Source: Rhodobacter capsulatus SB 1003
GTDB lineage: Bacteria; Pseudomonadota; Alphaproteobacteria; Rhodobacterales; Rhodobacteraceae
Length of the DNA stretch: 32,000 nt
NCBI RefSeq assembly: GCF_000021865.1
Contig: NC_014034.1
Span: forward strand, 540,001 to 572,000
Direction: 5' to 3'
Made by a program: the position numbers and the translations under genes. The notes under the pieces were generated by a model that saw nothing but the letters and a program-made list of their open reading frames with translations, did no database searches and was not told the origin of the DNA. Shown here piece by piece: positions 1 to 10,734 of this stretch (positions are counted from its first letter, which is position 1; the number at the start of each line of letters is the position of its first letter).

Positions 1-603
1 TCCGAACGCATCCTGACGATCGAGGACACGGCCGAACTTCAGCTGCAACAGACCCATGTCGGCCGGATGGAAAGCCGCCCGCCGAACGTCGAGGGCAAGG
101 GCGCGGTGACGCAGCGCGACTGCTTGCGCAACGCGCTGCGGATGCGCCCGGACCGGATCATCGTCGGCGAAACCCGCGGCGAAGAGGTCATCGACATGCT
201 GCAGGCGATGAACACCGGCCACGACGGCTCGATGACGACGATCCACGCCAACAACGCCCGCGACGGCATCTCGCGTCTGGAAAACATGGTTGCCATGGCG
301 GGGATTGAAATGCCGCTGAAAGCGGTGCGCAGCCAGATCGCCAGCGCCGTCAACCTGATCGTGCAGGCCTCGCGTCTGCAGGACGGCTCCCGCCGGATGG
401 TCTCGATCACCGAGATCACCGGGATGGAGGGCGACGTGATCTCGATGCAGGAAATCTTCCGCTACGAGCGGCTGGGCCTTGCGCCCGATGGCAAGATCAT
501 CGGCCGCTTCACCGCGACCGGCGTGCGCAGCCATTATTCGGACCGCTTCCGGCAATGGGGCTACGACCTGCCCGCCTCGATCTACGAACCGGTTCAGGAC
601 TGA
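1..603 (+). CDS. cpaF: Tad/Flp pilus assembly ATPase CpaF/TadA, C-terminal part (5' end lies outside the window)
   Basis: Frame 1 is open from base 1 ([32 protein letters not shown]...). It contains the secretion-ATPase region [42 protein letters not shown] typical of CpaF/VirB11-class ATPases, and tadB/tadC-like genes follow directly. Confidence 0.9.
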   Translation, partial: SERILTIEDTAELQLQQTHVGRMESRPPNVEGKGAVTQRDCLRNALRMRPDRIIVGETRGEEVIDMLQAMNTGHDGSMTTIHANNARDGISRLENMVAMAGIEMPLKAVRSQIASAVNLIVQASRLQDGSRRMVSITEITGMEGDVISMQEIFRYERLGLAPDGKIIGRFTATGVRSHYSDRFRQWGYDLPASIYEPVQD

Positions 604-618
604 CGGAGAGCCAAGCCC

Positions 619-1587
619 ATGATCATTTCCGCCACGCCGATCATCTATGGCCTGATCTTCGTCGCCGTGCTTCTGATCGTCGAGGGCATCTATCTGCTCG
701 TCTTCGGCAAGTCGATCTCGCTCAACAACCGGGTGAACCGCCGTCTGGAAATGCTCGACAAGGGGCAGCGGCGCGAACAGGTGCTGGAACAGCTCCGCAA
801 GGAGGCGACGCAGCATTCGAAGGCGCAGGGCATTCCGTTCTATTCGCTGCTCGCCTCCAAGGCGCAAAAGGCCAATATCGCCTTTTCCCCGATGGCGCTG
901 ATCGGCGTGATGGTGCTGGTCAGCTTCATCGCCTTTCTGGGCCTGACGCTGGGCACCCAGGCCTCGACCCCGGTGCGGGCGGTGCTGGCGGTGGGGATGG
1001 GCGTCGGCGGGGTCTATTTCTGGGTCAATGGCAAGGCGGGCAAGCGGCTCAAACTGGCCGAGGATCAGCTGCCCGACGCGGTCGAGCTGATGGTGCGCAG
1101 CCTGCGCGTCGGCCATCCGCTTGCCTCGGCGATTCAGGCGGTGGCGAAGGAAATCCCCGATCCCTTGGGCACCGAATTCGGCATCATCGCCGACGAGGCC
1201 GCCTATGGCCGCAACGTCGTCGACAGCCTGCGCGATCTGGCCGAGCGGCTCGACATGCAGGATCTGCGCTTCCTCGCCGTTGCCGTCTCGATCCAGCAGA
1301 CCTCGGGCGGCAACCTGGCCGAGGTGCTCGAAGGTCTGGCCAAAGTGATCCGCTCGCGCTTTCGGCTGTTCCGCCGGGTCCGTGCCATCACCGCCGAGCC
1401 GAAATGGTCCGGCGTCTTCCTGTCGGCCTTTCCGGTCGCCGTGCTGGTGGTGATCCAGGTGGTGGCGCCGACCTATTATGACAATGTCAAGGACTCGCCC
1501 TCCTTCGTTCCGGCGGCGCTGATCGTCTTCGCGCTTTTGGGGGCGAATGTGCTGTTCATGAAGATCATGACGACGATCAAGGTCTGA
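619..1587 (+). CDS. tadB: Tad pilus inner-membrane platform protein TadB (type II secretion system F family)
   Basis: 322-aa ORF with a GGAGAG SD upstream. It has an N-terminal TM helix, a cytoplasmic T2SS-F-like domain (LPDAVELMVRSLRVGHPLASAI...QQTSGGNLAEVL) and C-terminal TM helices, and lies immediately 3' of cpaF. Confidence 0.85.
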   Translation: MIISATPIIYGLIFVAVLLIVEGIYLLVFGKSISLNNRVNRRLEMLDKGQRREQVLEQLRKEATQHSKAQGIPFYSLLASKAQKANIAFSPMALIGVMVLVSFIAFLGLTLGTQASTPVRAVLAVGMGVGGVYFWVNGKAGKRLKLAEDQLPDAVELMVRSLRVGHPLASAIQAVAKEIPDPLGTEFGIIADEAAYGRNVVDSLRDLAERLDMQDLRFLAVAVSIQQTSGGNLAEVLEGLAKVIRSRFRLFRRVRAITAEPKWSGVFLSAFPVAVLVVIQVVAPTYYDNVKDSPSFVPAALIVFALLGANVLFMKIMTTIKV

Positions 1588-1597
1588 GGAGGTCCGG

Positions 1598-2611
1598 ATG
1601 TCCCTGCAAGCGATCACCGACATGCTGACTGCCTGGCTGGGTCCGATGGGCCCGGTCATCGCGCTGGCCGCGCTTGGCGCCGTTCTGGTGCTGGCGGCGC
1701 TGCCCGCGCTGGTGTCGAGACGCGAAGACCCGCTCGACAAGCTGCGCAAAAGCCTGGCGCCGGGCAGCGGAACCGTCGGGGCGGCGCAGGCGACGTCGAA
1801 AAAGGCGCAAAAGCTGCGCAACACCGCGGGCCCCGACAAGCTGCAGAAATTCGCGGGCTTTCTGGAGCCGCAAAGCAAGGAAGAAATGTCGGAAAGCCGC
1901 AAGTGGCTGCACAAGGCGGGCTATCGCGGCCCGCATGTGGTGCGCCATTTTCACGCCGTGCAATTCGCCCTGGCGATTTCGCTGCTGGGCCTCGGCGTGC
2001 TTTACGTGCTGTTCTACAATGCCGGGCATGAGGTTCCGCTGGAATCCACCAATGCCATCGCCGCGATCCTTGGCCCGGGGATCGGTGGCTATTACGCGCC
2101 GCGGCGCTGGGTGAACCAGCGCGTCGCCGCCCGCACGCAGGAAATCCAGGACGGCTTTCCCGATGCGCTCGACATGCTTCTGGTCTGCGTCGAGGCCGGG
2201 CAGTCGCTGGATCAGGGCATCATCCGGGTGTCGAAGGAACTCTCCTCCTCCTATCCCGCGCTGGCCGAGGAATTCGCCACGGTCGCCCACGAGATCAAGG
2301 CCGGTCTGGACAAGCCCACGGTGCTGCGCGCCTTTGCCGAACGCTCGGGCGTGTCCGATGTCGCCTCCTTCGTCACCGTGATGATCCAGAGCCAGCAATT
2401 CGGCACCTCGATCGCCGAGGCCTTGCGGCTTTACGCGGCCGACATGCGCGACAAGCGGATCATGCGCGCCGAGGAAGCGGCGAACAAGATCCCGACCAAG
2501 ATGACGCTGGGCACCATGATGTTCACCGTGCCGCCGCTGCTCATCATCCTTGTCGGCCCCTCGGTCCATGATATGATGGAGAACTTCGCCGCGATCGGCG
2601 CCCGCCATTAA
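1598..2611 (+). CDS. tadC: Tad pilus inner-membrane platform protein TadC (type II secretion system F family)
   Basis: 337-aa ORF with a GAGGAGG SD 5 nt upstream. It is a paralogous T2SS-F architecture (FPDALDMLLVCVEAGQSLDQ...MIQSQQFGTSIAEAL) with flanking TM helices, and is the second platform gene after tadB. Confidence 0.85.
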   Translation: MSLQAITDMLTAWLGPMGPVIALAALGAVLVLAALPALVSRREDPLDKLRKSLAPGSGTVGAAQATSKKAQKLRNTAGPDKLQKFAGFLEPQSKEEMSESRKWLHKAGYRGPHVVRHFHAVQFALAISLLGLGVLYVLFYNAGHEVPLESTNAIAAILGPGIGGYYAPRRWVNQRVAARTQEIQDGFPDALDMLLVCVEAGQSLDQGIIRVSKELSSSYPALAEEFATVAHEIKAGLDKPTVLRAFAERSGVSDVASFVTVMIQSQQFGTSIAEALRLYAADMRDKRIMRAEEAANKIPTKMTLGTMMFTVPPLLIILVGPSVHDMMENFAAIGARH

Positions 2612-2621
2612 GATGTGATCC

Positions 2622-3185
2622 ATGCGCCTGACCCGTTTTGCGCCCCTTGCCGCGCTGTCGCTGTGCCTGCTGGCCGCCTGCATGCCGGGCGGCCTTGGTG
2701 CCTCGAAGGCGAGCCCCTTTGCCCCGGGCGCGGCCGAGGGCGAGGGGATAGACGGGCTGATCGTCGGCCACCGGCTGATGGCGGCGGGCGAATATGAACT
2801 GGCGCTGAAGGCCTATTACCGCGCCGCGGCCGACAAGGGGGCGACGGTCGACGTGCTCTCTGCGATCGGTTCGGCCGATCTGAAGCTGGGCCGTCTGGGG
2901 CAGGCGGAACAGATCCTGCGCCGGGCCACCGAAAAGGACGAACGCTTCGTGCCCGCCTGGAACAATCTGGGCGTCGTGCTGATGGAACAGGGCAAGGCCG
3001 CCGAGGCGGCGCGGGTGTTCCAGATCGCCTATGGGCTGGACAGTGGCGAATCCGACGCGATCCGGCAAAACCTGCGGCTGGCCCTCGCAAAGAAAGAGAA
3101 ACCCGCCTATGATCCGCCGACGGACAGACCGTTCAAGCTGGTGCGGCGGGGGGTTGGGGAATACCTTCTGCTGACCGAGCAGTGA
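2622..3185 (+). CDS. TPR-repeat lipoprotein, TadD-like pilus assembly accessory protein
   Basis: 187 aa. The signal peptide has a lipobox (LSLCLLAAC). TPR-like repeats are present (GEYELALKAYYRAAA..., GRLGQAEQILRRATEKDERFVPAWNNLGVVLMEQGKAAEAARVF). It lies in the Tad operon. Confidence 0.7.
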   Translation: MRLTRFAPLAALSLCLLAACMPGGLGASKASPFAPGAAEGEGIDGLIVGHRLMAAGEYELALKAYYRAAADKGATVDVLSAIGSADLKLGRLGQAEQILRRATEKDERFVPAWNNLGVVLMEQGKAAEAARVFQIAYGLDSGESDAIRQNLRLALAKKEKPAYDPPTDRPFKLVRRGVGEYLLLTEQ

Positions 3186-3210
3186 GGCACGAGCAAAAGG
3201 ACGCAGCAAC

Positions 3211-4071
3211 ATGCGCCACCCGATCATCCTTGTGGTCCTTGCGGGCTGTTCTCTTGTCCTTGCGGGCTGCATGGGCCGCGACAAGGACGGGGTGGATCAG
3301 GCGCTCGACTCGGTCAATGCGGTCGATGCGACGAACCTGTCGGACATCATGCTGACGGTGGGCGACCCGCGCGAGGCGGTCAGCTATTTCACCCGCGCGA
3401 CGAACGAACATCCCGAACGGATCGATCTGCAGCGCGGCCTTGGCAAGTCGCTGGTGCGGGCCGGTCAGGCGGAAGCCGCGATCGGCGTCTGGACCCGGGT
3501 CATCGCCATGCCCGAAGGCGGCAATGATGACAAGGTGGCGCTGGCCGATGCGCAGATCCGGGCGGGCAAATGGGACGCGGCCAAGGCGACGCTGAACACG
3601 ATCCCGCCGACGCACGAGACCTTTGAGCGCTACAAGCTGGAGGCGATGGTGGCCGACAGCGAGAAGAACTGGAAAAAGGCCGACAGTTTTTATGAAACCG
3701 CCTCGGGGCTGACGACGCGGCCCTCGGGGGTGCTGAACAACTGGGGCTTTTCCAAGCTGACGCGGGGCGATGCCAAGGGCGCCGAGGCGCTGTTCTCCGA
3801 GGCGCTGAGCTATGATTCCACCTCGTTCACCACCAAGAACAATCTGGTGATGGCGCGGGCGGCGCAGCACAAATACGATCTGCCGGTGGTCGACATGACC
3901 CAGACCGAACGGGCGAAGCTGCTTTACACGGCGGCGCTGTCGGCGATCAAACAGGGCGACGTGACGATCGGCAAGGGGCTCTTGCAGGATGCGGTCGACA
4001 CCTCGCCGGTCTATTTCGAGGAAGCGGCGCGGGCGCTTGAAGCGCTGGATGCCGGCGGCAAGCGGGGCTGA
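3211..4071 (+). CDS. Second TPR-like lipoprotein of the Tad locus
   Basis: 286 aa with an AAAGGA SD and a lipoprotein signal (VVLAGCSLVLAGC). It has helical TPR-like repeats (REAVSYFTRATNEHPERIDLQRGLGKSLVRAGQAEAAIGVW...) and strong GC3 coding signature. Confidence 0.7.
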   Translation: MRHPIILVVLAGCSLVLAGCMGRDKDGVDQALDSVNAVDATNLSDIMLTVGDPREAVSYFTRATNEHPERIDLQRGLGKSLVRAGQAEAAIGVWTRVIAMPEGGNDDKVALADAQIRAGKWDAAKATLNTIPPTHETFERYKLEAMVADSEKNWKKADSFYETASGLTTRPSGVLNNWGFSKLTRGDAKGAEALFSEALSYDSTSFTTKNNLVMARAAQHKYDLPVVDMTQTERAKLLYTAALSAIKQGDVTIGKGLLQDAVDTSPVYFEEAARALEALDAGGKRG

Positions 4072-4072
4072 G

Positions 4073-4576
4073 ATGCTGGGACTGAGCGTGTCGCAATCGG
4101 CCTTGGCGCTCTTTGTCGCGGTGCTGCCGATCTGCGCCTGGGTCAGCTATACCGACCTGAAATACATGAAGATCCGCAATGCCGCGGTGCTTTCGTTGAT
4201 CGCGGTCTTTGCCGTCGTGGGGGGGCTGGTGCTGCCGCCTGAGGTCTGGGCCTGGCGCTGGCTGCATCTGCCGGTGGTGCTGGTCATCGGCCTGGTGCTG
4301 AACATCGCGCTGGGCGTCGGCATGGGCGACGTGAAATTCGCCGCCGCGAGCGCACCGTTCTTTTCCGCCGATCCGGGCCGGGTGATGCTGGCGCTGGTGC
4401 TGCTGCAGGCCTGCCTGATCCTCGCCTTCGTCGCCCACCGCATCGCCCGCGCCATTCCCGCCGTGCGGGCGGCGACGCCCGACTGGGCCAGCTGGGGGCA
4501 CCGGAAGTTTCCCTTCGGCCTGGTGCTGGTGGGGGCGCTTCTGGGCTATCTCGGGCTGATCGCCGCGCTCACCTGA
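4073..4576 (+). CDS. Prepilin (Flp) peptidase, A24 family, CpaA/TadV-like
   Basis: The ATG lies 1 nt after the stop of the preceding gene. The 167-aa polytopic membrane protein has the two aspartate motifs ([12 protein letters not shown] and [10 protein letters not shown]) expected of short A24 peptidases. I rejected the longer ORF start at 3989 because it overlaps the preceding CDS. Confidence 0.75.
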   Translation: MLGLSVSQSALALFVAVLPICAWVSYTDLKYMKIRNAAVLSLIAVFAVVGGLVLPPEVWAWRWLHLPVVLVIGLVLNIALGVGMGDVKFAAASAPFFSADPGRVMLALVLLQACLILAFVAHRIARAIPAVRAATPDWASWGHRKFPFGLVLVGALLGYLGLIAALT

Positions 4577-5429
4577 GCTGCGGCGCGGCTTTCTGCGCCT
4601 GATCGCCCAGCGCGCCATGCGCGCTCCACCAGCCCGGATGGCTTGCCGCAAGGGCCGCCTGTGCCGCCGCGGCCTCGGCCTCGGTGCCGAAAAGGCCGAA
4701 ACAGGTCGCCCCCGATCCCGACATCCGTGCCAGTTGGCAGCCGGGCAGGGCGGCGAGCACCGCCAGCACCTCGGCGATCACCGGGGCCTGCGCCACGGCC
4801 GGGGCCTGCAGGTCATTGCGCTGCTCCGCCAGCCAGGCGATGCAGGCGCCCGCATCCGCAAAGGCCGGGATCTCGGGCAGGGGCGGATTGTCCTTGCGGC
4901 GCAGCGCCTTGAAAACCGAGGGCGTGGGCACTTCGACGCGCGGATTGACCAGAACCGCGGGCAGGGTGGGCAGGGTGACCGGGGTCAGATCGTCGCCGAT
5001 GCCGCGGGTGCGGGCGGGCCGCGGGTCCAGACACATCGGCACATCGGCGCCCAGGTTCAGCACCGCGCCCGCCTCGGGCAGGGGCTGGCCGGTCAGCGCC
5101 GCCATGCCGCGCAAGGCCGCCGCCGCATCCGAAGAGCCGCCGCCGATCCCCGAGGCCGCGGGCAGGCATTTTTCCAGCACCACCGCCGCGCCCACGCCAA
5201 ACAGCGCCGCCGCCTTCAGCACCAGATTTTCCGGGCCCTCGGGCACGGCGGCGCCTTCGGGGCCGCTGACCTTCAGCCCCAGCCCCTCGGCCGGGGCCAG
5301 TGTCAGCCCGTCGCCCACCGGCGAAAAGGCGACAAGACTGTCAAGCAGATGATAGCCATCGGCGCGCTGGCCGGTGACATGCAAGGCCAGGTTGACCTTG
5401 GCCGGGGCGAAAACGTCAATTCTGCGCAT
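4569..5429 (-). CDS. ispE: 4-diphosphocytidyl-2-C-methyl-D-erythritol kinase
   Basis: [35 protein letters not shown]... is the canonical IspE N-terminus, and the GHMP-kinase motif [18 protein letters not shown] is present. Start chosen at 5429; the upstream in-frame Met at 5453 would add an R/C-rich non-homologous extension. Confidence 0.92.
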   Translation of the reverse strand: MRRIDVFAPAKVNLALHVTGQRADGYHLLDSLVAFSPVGDGLTLAPAEGLGLKVSGPEGAAVPEGPENLVLKAAALFGVGAAVVLEKCLPAASGIGGGSSDAAAALRGMAALTGQPLPEAGAVLNLGADVPMCLDPRPARTRGIGDDLTPVTLPTLPAVLVNPRVEVPTPSVFKALRRKDNPPLPEIPAFADAGACIAWLAEQRNDLQAPAVAQAPVIAEVLAVLAALPGCQLARMSGSGATCFGLFGTEAEAAAAQAALAASHPGWWSAHGALGDQAQKAAPQLR

Positions 5430-7134
5430 GGTCCGGGTGCAGCGGCGCGGCACCTTCCTCCTTCAGCACGGCATCCAGCCCGACTTCAAGCTTGCGGCGG
5501 ACGCGGTTGGGGTCAAGATCGGGCGAGGGCCCCAGATTGAGCGCCCGATGCCACTGGAATTCCGCCTCGCGCTGGCGTCCGACGGCCCAGTAGACATCGC
5601 CCAGATGGTCGTTCAGCAGCGGATCGGCGGGGGTCAGCTCGACCGCCTTTTCCATCTGCACCACCGCTTCGTCATAGCGGCCCAGCCGGTAATAGGCCCA
5701 GCCCAGACTGTCGGTGACATAGCCGTCATCGGGTCGCCCGGCGACGGCCTTTTCGATCATCTCGAGCGCCTCTTTCAGGTTCTGCCGCTTCTCCACATAG
5801 GAATAGCCCAGATAATTCAGCACCATCGGCTGATCGGGCGAGAGTTTCAGCGCCTCGCGGAAGCCTTTTTCGGCCTTGTCCCACTGGCCTGACCGTTCCT
5901 GCGCGATGGCGCGCGAATACCACAGGCTCCAATCCGCCGGACGCGGCGTGCCGGTCAGCGCGATCGCCTTGTCATAGGCCGTCGCGGCCTCGGCATAGCG
6001 TTCCTCGCGGCGCAGCGTGTCGCCCAGCGAGGACCAGGCATTGGGCAGGTCGGGATGGCTGCGGGAAAGGGCTTCGAGCACGCCGATCGCCGCATCGGAT
6101 TGCCCGGCCGAGACCATCGCCTGTGCCCGCCCCAGTTCGGCGGCATAAAAGGCGGGATTGTCCGGGCCGATCTCGGCATAGGCGGCAATCGCCAGATCGT
6201 ATTGGTCCTGCGATTCCAGGATGTCGGCGATCAGCAGCGCGGCATCGACGTCGTCGGGGCGCAGCCACAGCGCCAGCCGGGCATGGATCAGCGCGAAACC
6301 GGGCAGCGAATCCGCGCTCAGCGCCAGCGCGACCGACTGGAACACCTCGGCCACGCCATCGCGGGCCGAGCCGATCCGGGTGAAGGGCAGGGTCTCGCCT
6401 GCCGCCAGCTGCTTGCGGATCGCGGCGATCTCGGGCGGGGCGGTGTCGCCATAGGCCCGATCGATCAGCGCCACCGCATCACTGTCGCGCTCCAGCTGCG
6501 AGAGCACCTGCGCATGGGCCAGAATGCCCCGCCGGGTGCCGTTGAAGTAATCGGCATATTTGCCGGAAAAGATCTTCTCGGCGCCCTCGTGATCGCCGAC
6601 CAGCGCCGCGGCCAGCGCGCGGTGATAGGCGGCAAAGCCCTCGAGCCCCTCGATCTTGCCCAACGCCTTGAAGCTGTCCATCGCCTCGGACATCTTGCCC
6701 GCCCCCGCCAGCGCCCAGGCCTTGTAAAGCCCGCCCACCAGCTGACCGGCATCGCCGCCGCGGTCCAAAAGCGCCTGCCCGGCGGCGAAATCGCCCGAGC
6801 GCGCCGCCTCGGCCAGCATCACCAGCACCGCCACCTGCGAGGGCTGCTTGGCGGTGACCATCTGCGCCGCCAGATCGCGGGCCGCGGCCATGTCGCCCAG
6901 CGACAAAAGGCTGACCAGAAGCCCTTCCTGCACCCGTTCATCGGTGGGATCGTCGGCCAGAAGGCGCTGATAATAGGTCGCCGCCGCGGCGTAATTGCTG
7001 TCCGTCGCCGCCGCCTGCGCGGCCAGATAGGCGCCCGCATCCTCGGACCGGACCGCGGTCGCGGGCAGGGCCAGGCCAAGCCCAAGGGCGGCGGCAAGGC
7101 AGAGGGCAGGCGAAAGTCGGGAAAGGAAGGGCAC
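5416..7134 (-). CDS. Secreted/periplasmic tetratricopeptide-repeat protein
   Basis: Long ORF with many TPR units (e.g. [79 protein letters not shown]). I prefer the GTG start at 7134: it is preceded by AAAGGA and gives a signal peptide ([27 protein letters not shown]). The stop overlaps the ispE start by 14 nt. Confidence 0.8.
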   Translation of the reverse strand: MPFLSRLSPALCLAAALGLGLALPATAVRSEDAGAYLAAQAAATDSNYAAAATYYQRLLADDPTDERVQEGLLVSLLSLGDMAAARDLAAQMVTAKQPSQVAVLVMLAEAARSGDFAAGQALLDRGGDAGQLVGGLYKAWALAGAGKMSEAMDSFKALGKIEGLEGFAAYHRALAAALVGDHEGAEKIFSGKYADYFNGTRRGILAHAQVLSQLERDSDAVALIDRAYGDTAPPEIAAIRKQLAAGETLPFTRIGSARDGVAEVFQSVALALSADSLPGFALIHARLALWLRPDDVDAALLIADILESQDQYDLAIAAYAEIGPDNPAFYAAELGRAQAMVSAGQSDAAIGVLEALSRSHPDLPNAWSSLGDTLRREERYAEAATAYDKAIALTGTPRPADWSLWYSRAIAQERSGQWDKAEKGFREALKLSPDQPMVLNYLGYSYVEKRQNLKEALEMIEKAVAGRPDDGYVTDSLGWAYYRLGRYDEAVVQMEKAVELTPADPLLNDHLGDVYWAVGRQREAEFQWHRALNLGPSPDLDPNRVRRKLEVGLDAVLKEEGAAPLHPDHAQN

Positions 7135-7196
7135 GGATGGGTCCTTTTGATCGGGCTGGCCCAAAAGGTAGCGAGGCCAATCCGTGCAAAGCAATC

Positions 7197-7218
7197 GGGG
7201 GAGGCGAAAGCCCCCCCC
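7197..7218 (-). terminator. Hairpin downstream of the ETF-QO gene (probable intrinsic terminator)
   Basis: On the minus strand the sequence reads GGGGGGGGC-UUUC-GCCUCCCCC followed by GAUUGCUUUG. The stem is 9 bp with one mismatch and starts about 30 nt after the ETF-QO stop. Confidence 0.45.
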
Positions 7219-7245
7219 GCAACACGCCGATGTGACGCGCAAGAC

Positions 7246-8907
<1,662 letters not shown>

Positions 8908-9079
8908 CTGGGGGCTCCTTCGTTCAGGCAGCAGCAGCGCGTTCCGGCGTCGTGGTAACGCGAATGGGAACATGAAGCAATTGTTACGCAGCGCCGCGAC
9001 GCAACAATGTTTCGCATCTGCAGAAAAGCCACGCCCGCCCGGATGCGGCACCCGGTGGGCGGAAAACGCCCCGCCACCC

Positions 9080-9108
9080 TTGACACCGGACCCGCTTGGC
9101 GGATTTAC
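9080..9108 (+). promoter_or_regulatory. Candidate sigma-70-type promoter for greA (weak call)
   Basis: TTGACA at 9080-9085 is followed after 17-18 nt by ATTTAC/TTTACC, about 55 nt upstream of the greA ATG. The -10 match is poor. Confidence 0.2.
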
Positions 9109-9159
9109 CTCACCGGGCTAAGAAGAAGAATTGTCAGCCAGCACAGGTCAAGCACCTCC

Positions 9160-9630
9160 ATGGAAAAGATACCGATGACGCGCGCCGGCTACGACGTGCT
9201 CGACGAGGAACTGAAAACGCTGAAGTCCGTGGAACGGCCCGCCGTGATCAAGGCGATTGCCGAAGCCCGCGAACATGGCGATCTGTCCGAAAACGCCGAG
9301 TATCACGCCGCCCGCGAAAAGCAGAGCTTCGTCGAGGGCCGGATCAAGGAACTCGAATCGATTCTGGGCCGCGCCGAGGTGATCGACACGGTGAAGCTGT
9401 CGGGCTCGATCAAATTCGGGGCCACGGTGACGCTGGTCGACGAGGACACCGAGGAAGAACGCACCTATCAGATCGTCGGCGAACACGAGGCCGATCTGGA
9501 ACGCGGTCTTCTGAACATCAAGTCGCCGCTGGCCCGCGCGCTGATCGGCAAGGACGAAGGCGACAGCGTCGAGGTCCGCACCCCGGGCGGGCAGCGCAGT
9601 TATGAAATCCTGTCGGTCCGTTTCCTGTAA
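9160..9630 (+). CDS. greA: Transcription elongation factor GreA
   Basis: [62 protein letters not shown]... matches the GreA family N-terminal coiled-coil and the acidic tip DLSENAEY. The size of 156 aa is typical. Confidence 0.95.
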   Translation: MEKIPMTRAGYDVLDEELKTLKSVERPAVIKAIAEAREHGDLSENAEYHAAREKQSFVEGRIKELESILGRAEVIDTVKLSGSIKFGATVTLVDEDTEEERTYQIVGEHEADLERGLLNIKSPLARALIGKDEGDSVEVRTPGGQRSYEILSVRFL

Positions 9631-9657
9631 AGCGGGCCCCCGACCAAGGATGACGAG

Positions 9658-10695
9658 ATGGGCGAGCCCCAGTCCGAGCGCAAGACCCCCGAAAGCGGTG
9701 CGGTGCCATGGTCGCCCGTGCCGCAACCGGACGTGCCGTCGCGTCGCACCGAATGGGTGGCGGGCGGGCTGACGGTGCTTTGGCTGGCGCTGGTCGGCGC
9801 CGTTTGGCTGTTTCTGCCCGCGGGCGAGGCGGCGGGGCCGAATGCCGCCTCGCTGGTGATGACGGTGGTGGGCGTCGTGCTGCCGGTGGTGATGATCTGG
9901 ATCGCCGCCGTCACCGCCCGCACCGCGCAGGAGATGCGCGCCGAGGCGCAGGCGCTGAAGGTCGCGCTGGAGGCGATGCGCTCGGCCTGGCTGAACCAGG
10001 CCCAGATCCGCGGCGGTCAGGCGCTGGAAAAGAAGCTCGACGAGGTGGCGATCGCGGCGCGGCAGGCGGAATCGGCGCTGGCGACGTTTTCGACCCGGCG
10101 CGACCATGGGGGGGCGCAGCCCCCGGCCGACCGCAAGGCGGCTTTGGCGGTGCCGAAAGCCGCGGCCCCGGTCGATGACCAGCCCCGGCTGGCGCTCGGC
10201 ACCCCCGCCGAGGATCTCAAGCCGCCGGTCTCGGTGGCGGATTTCATCCGCGCGATGCAGTTCCCCGACAATGCCGAGGACAAGGAGGGCTTCCGCGCCC
10301 TGCGCCGGGCGCTGGAAGACCGGACGATGGCGAAATTGCTGCGCGCGGCGCAGGATGTGCTGAACCTGCTGGCGCAGGACGGCATCTACATGGACGATCT
10401 GAAACCCGACCGGGCGCGGCCGGAACTCTGGCGCCGCTTCGCCAAGGGCGAGCGCGGCCGCGAGATTGCCGCGCTGGGCGGGGTGCGGGATCGCTCGTCC
10501 CTGGCGCTGACCTCGGGGCGGATGCGCGCGGACACGATCTTTCGCGATGCCGCGCATCATTTCCTGCGCCAGTTCGACCGCACCTTCACCGAATTCGAGC
10601 AGAACGCCAGCGATGAGGAAGTGGCGGAACTGGCCGAAACCCGCACCGCCCGCGCCTTCATGCTGCTGGGCCGCGTCACCGGCACCTTTGACTGA
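9658..10695 (+). CDS. Hypothetical membrane-anchored protein (two N-terminal TM helices, coiled-coil, C-terminal globular domain)
   Basis: 345 aa with an AAGGA SD, starting 27 nt after the greA stop. TM segments are WVAGGLTVLWLALVGAVWLFL and LVMTVVGVVLPVVMIWIAAV, followed by an A/Q/E-rich helix. GC3-rich codon usage supports coding. I recognise no family. Confidence 0.65.
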   Translation: MGEPQSERKTPESGAVPWSPVPQPDVPSRRTEWVAGGLTVLWLALVGAVWLFLPAGEAAGPNAASLVMTVVGVVLPVVMIWIAAVTARTAQEMRAEAQALKVALEAMRSAWLNQAQIRGGQALEKKLDEVAIAARQAESALATFSTRRDHGGAQPPADRKAALAVPKAAAPVDDQPRLALGTPAEDLKPPVSVADFIRAMQFPDNAEDKEGFRALRRALEDRTMAKLLRAAQDVLNLLAQDGIYMDDLKPDRARPELWRRFAKGERGREIAALGGVRDRSSLALTSGRMRADTIFRDAAHHFLRQFDRTFTEFEQNASDEEVAELAETRTARAFMLLGRVTGTFD

Positions 10696-10698
10696 CGA

Positions 10699-10727
10699 TC
10701 GGGGCCCGCAGGCCCCGACCGTTTTCG
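10699..10727 (+). terminator. Intrinsic terminator after the greA-linked membrane protein gene
   Basis: UCGGGGCC-CGCA-GGCCCCGA is followed by CCGUUUUCG. It lies in the 39-nt gap between convergent genes. Confidence 0.6.
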
Positions 10728-10734
10728 TCTGCGA

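Noticed and set aside
555-1481. This covers alternative-frame ORFs overlapping the Tad genes (555-1481, 1577-2683, 2544-3284, 3133-3870, 3947-4651).
   Set aside because: They overlap recognisable Tad or TPR genes in other frames or strands, and their translations are R/G/P/A-rich with no domain features.
7211-7218. The C8 homopolymer upstream of the TPR gene might be a phase-variation tract.
   Set aside because: It is simply one arm of the ETF-QO terminator hairpin (GGGGGAGGC-GAAA-GCCCCCCCC) and is short, so there is no independent reason to invoke slippage control.
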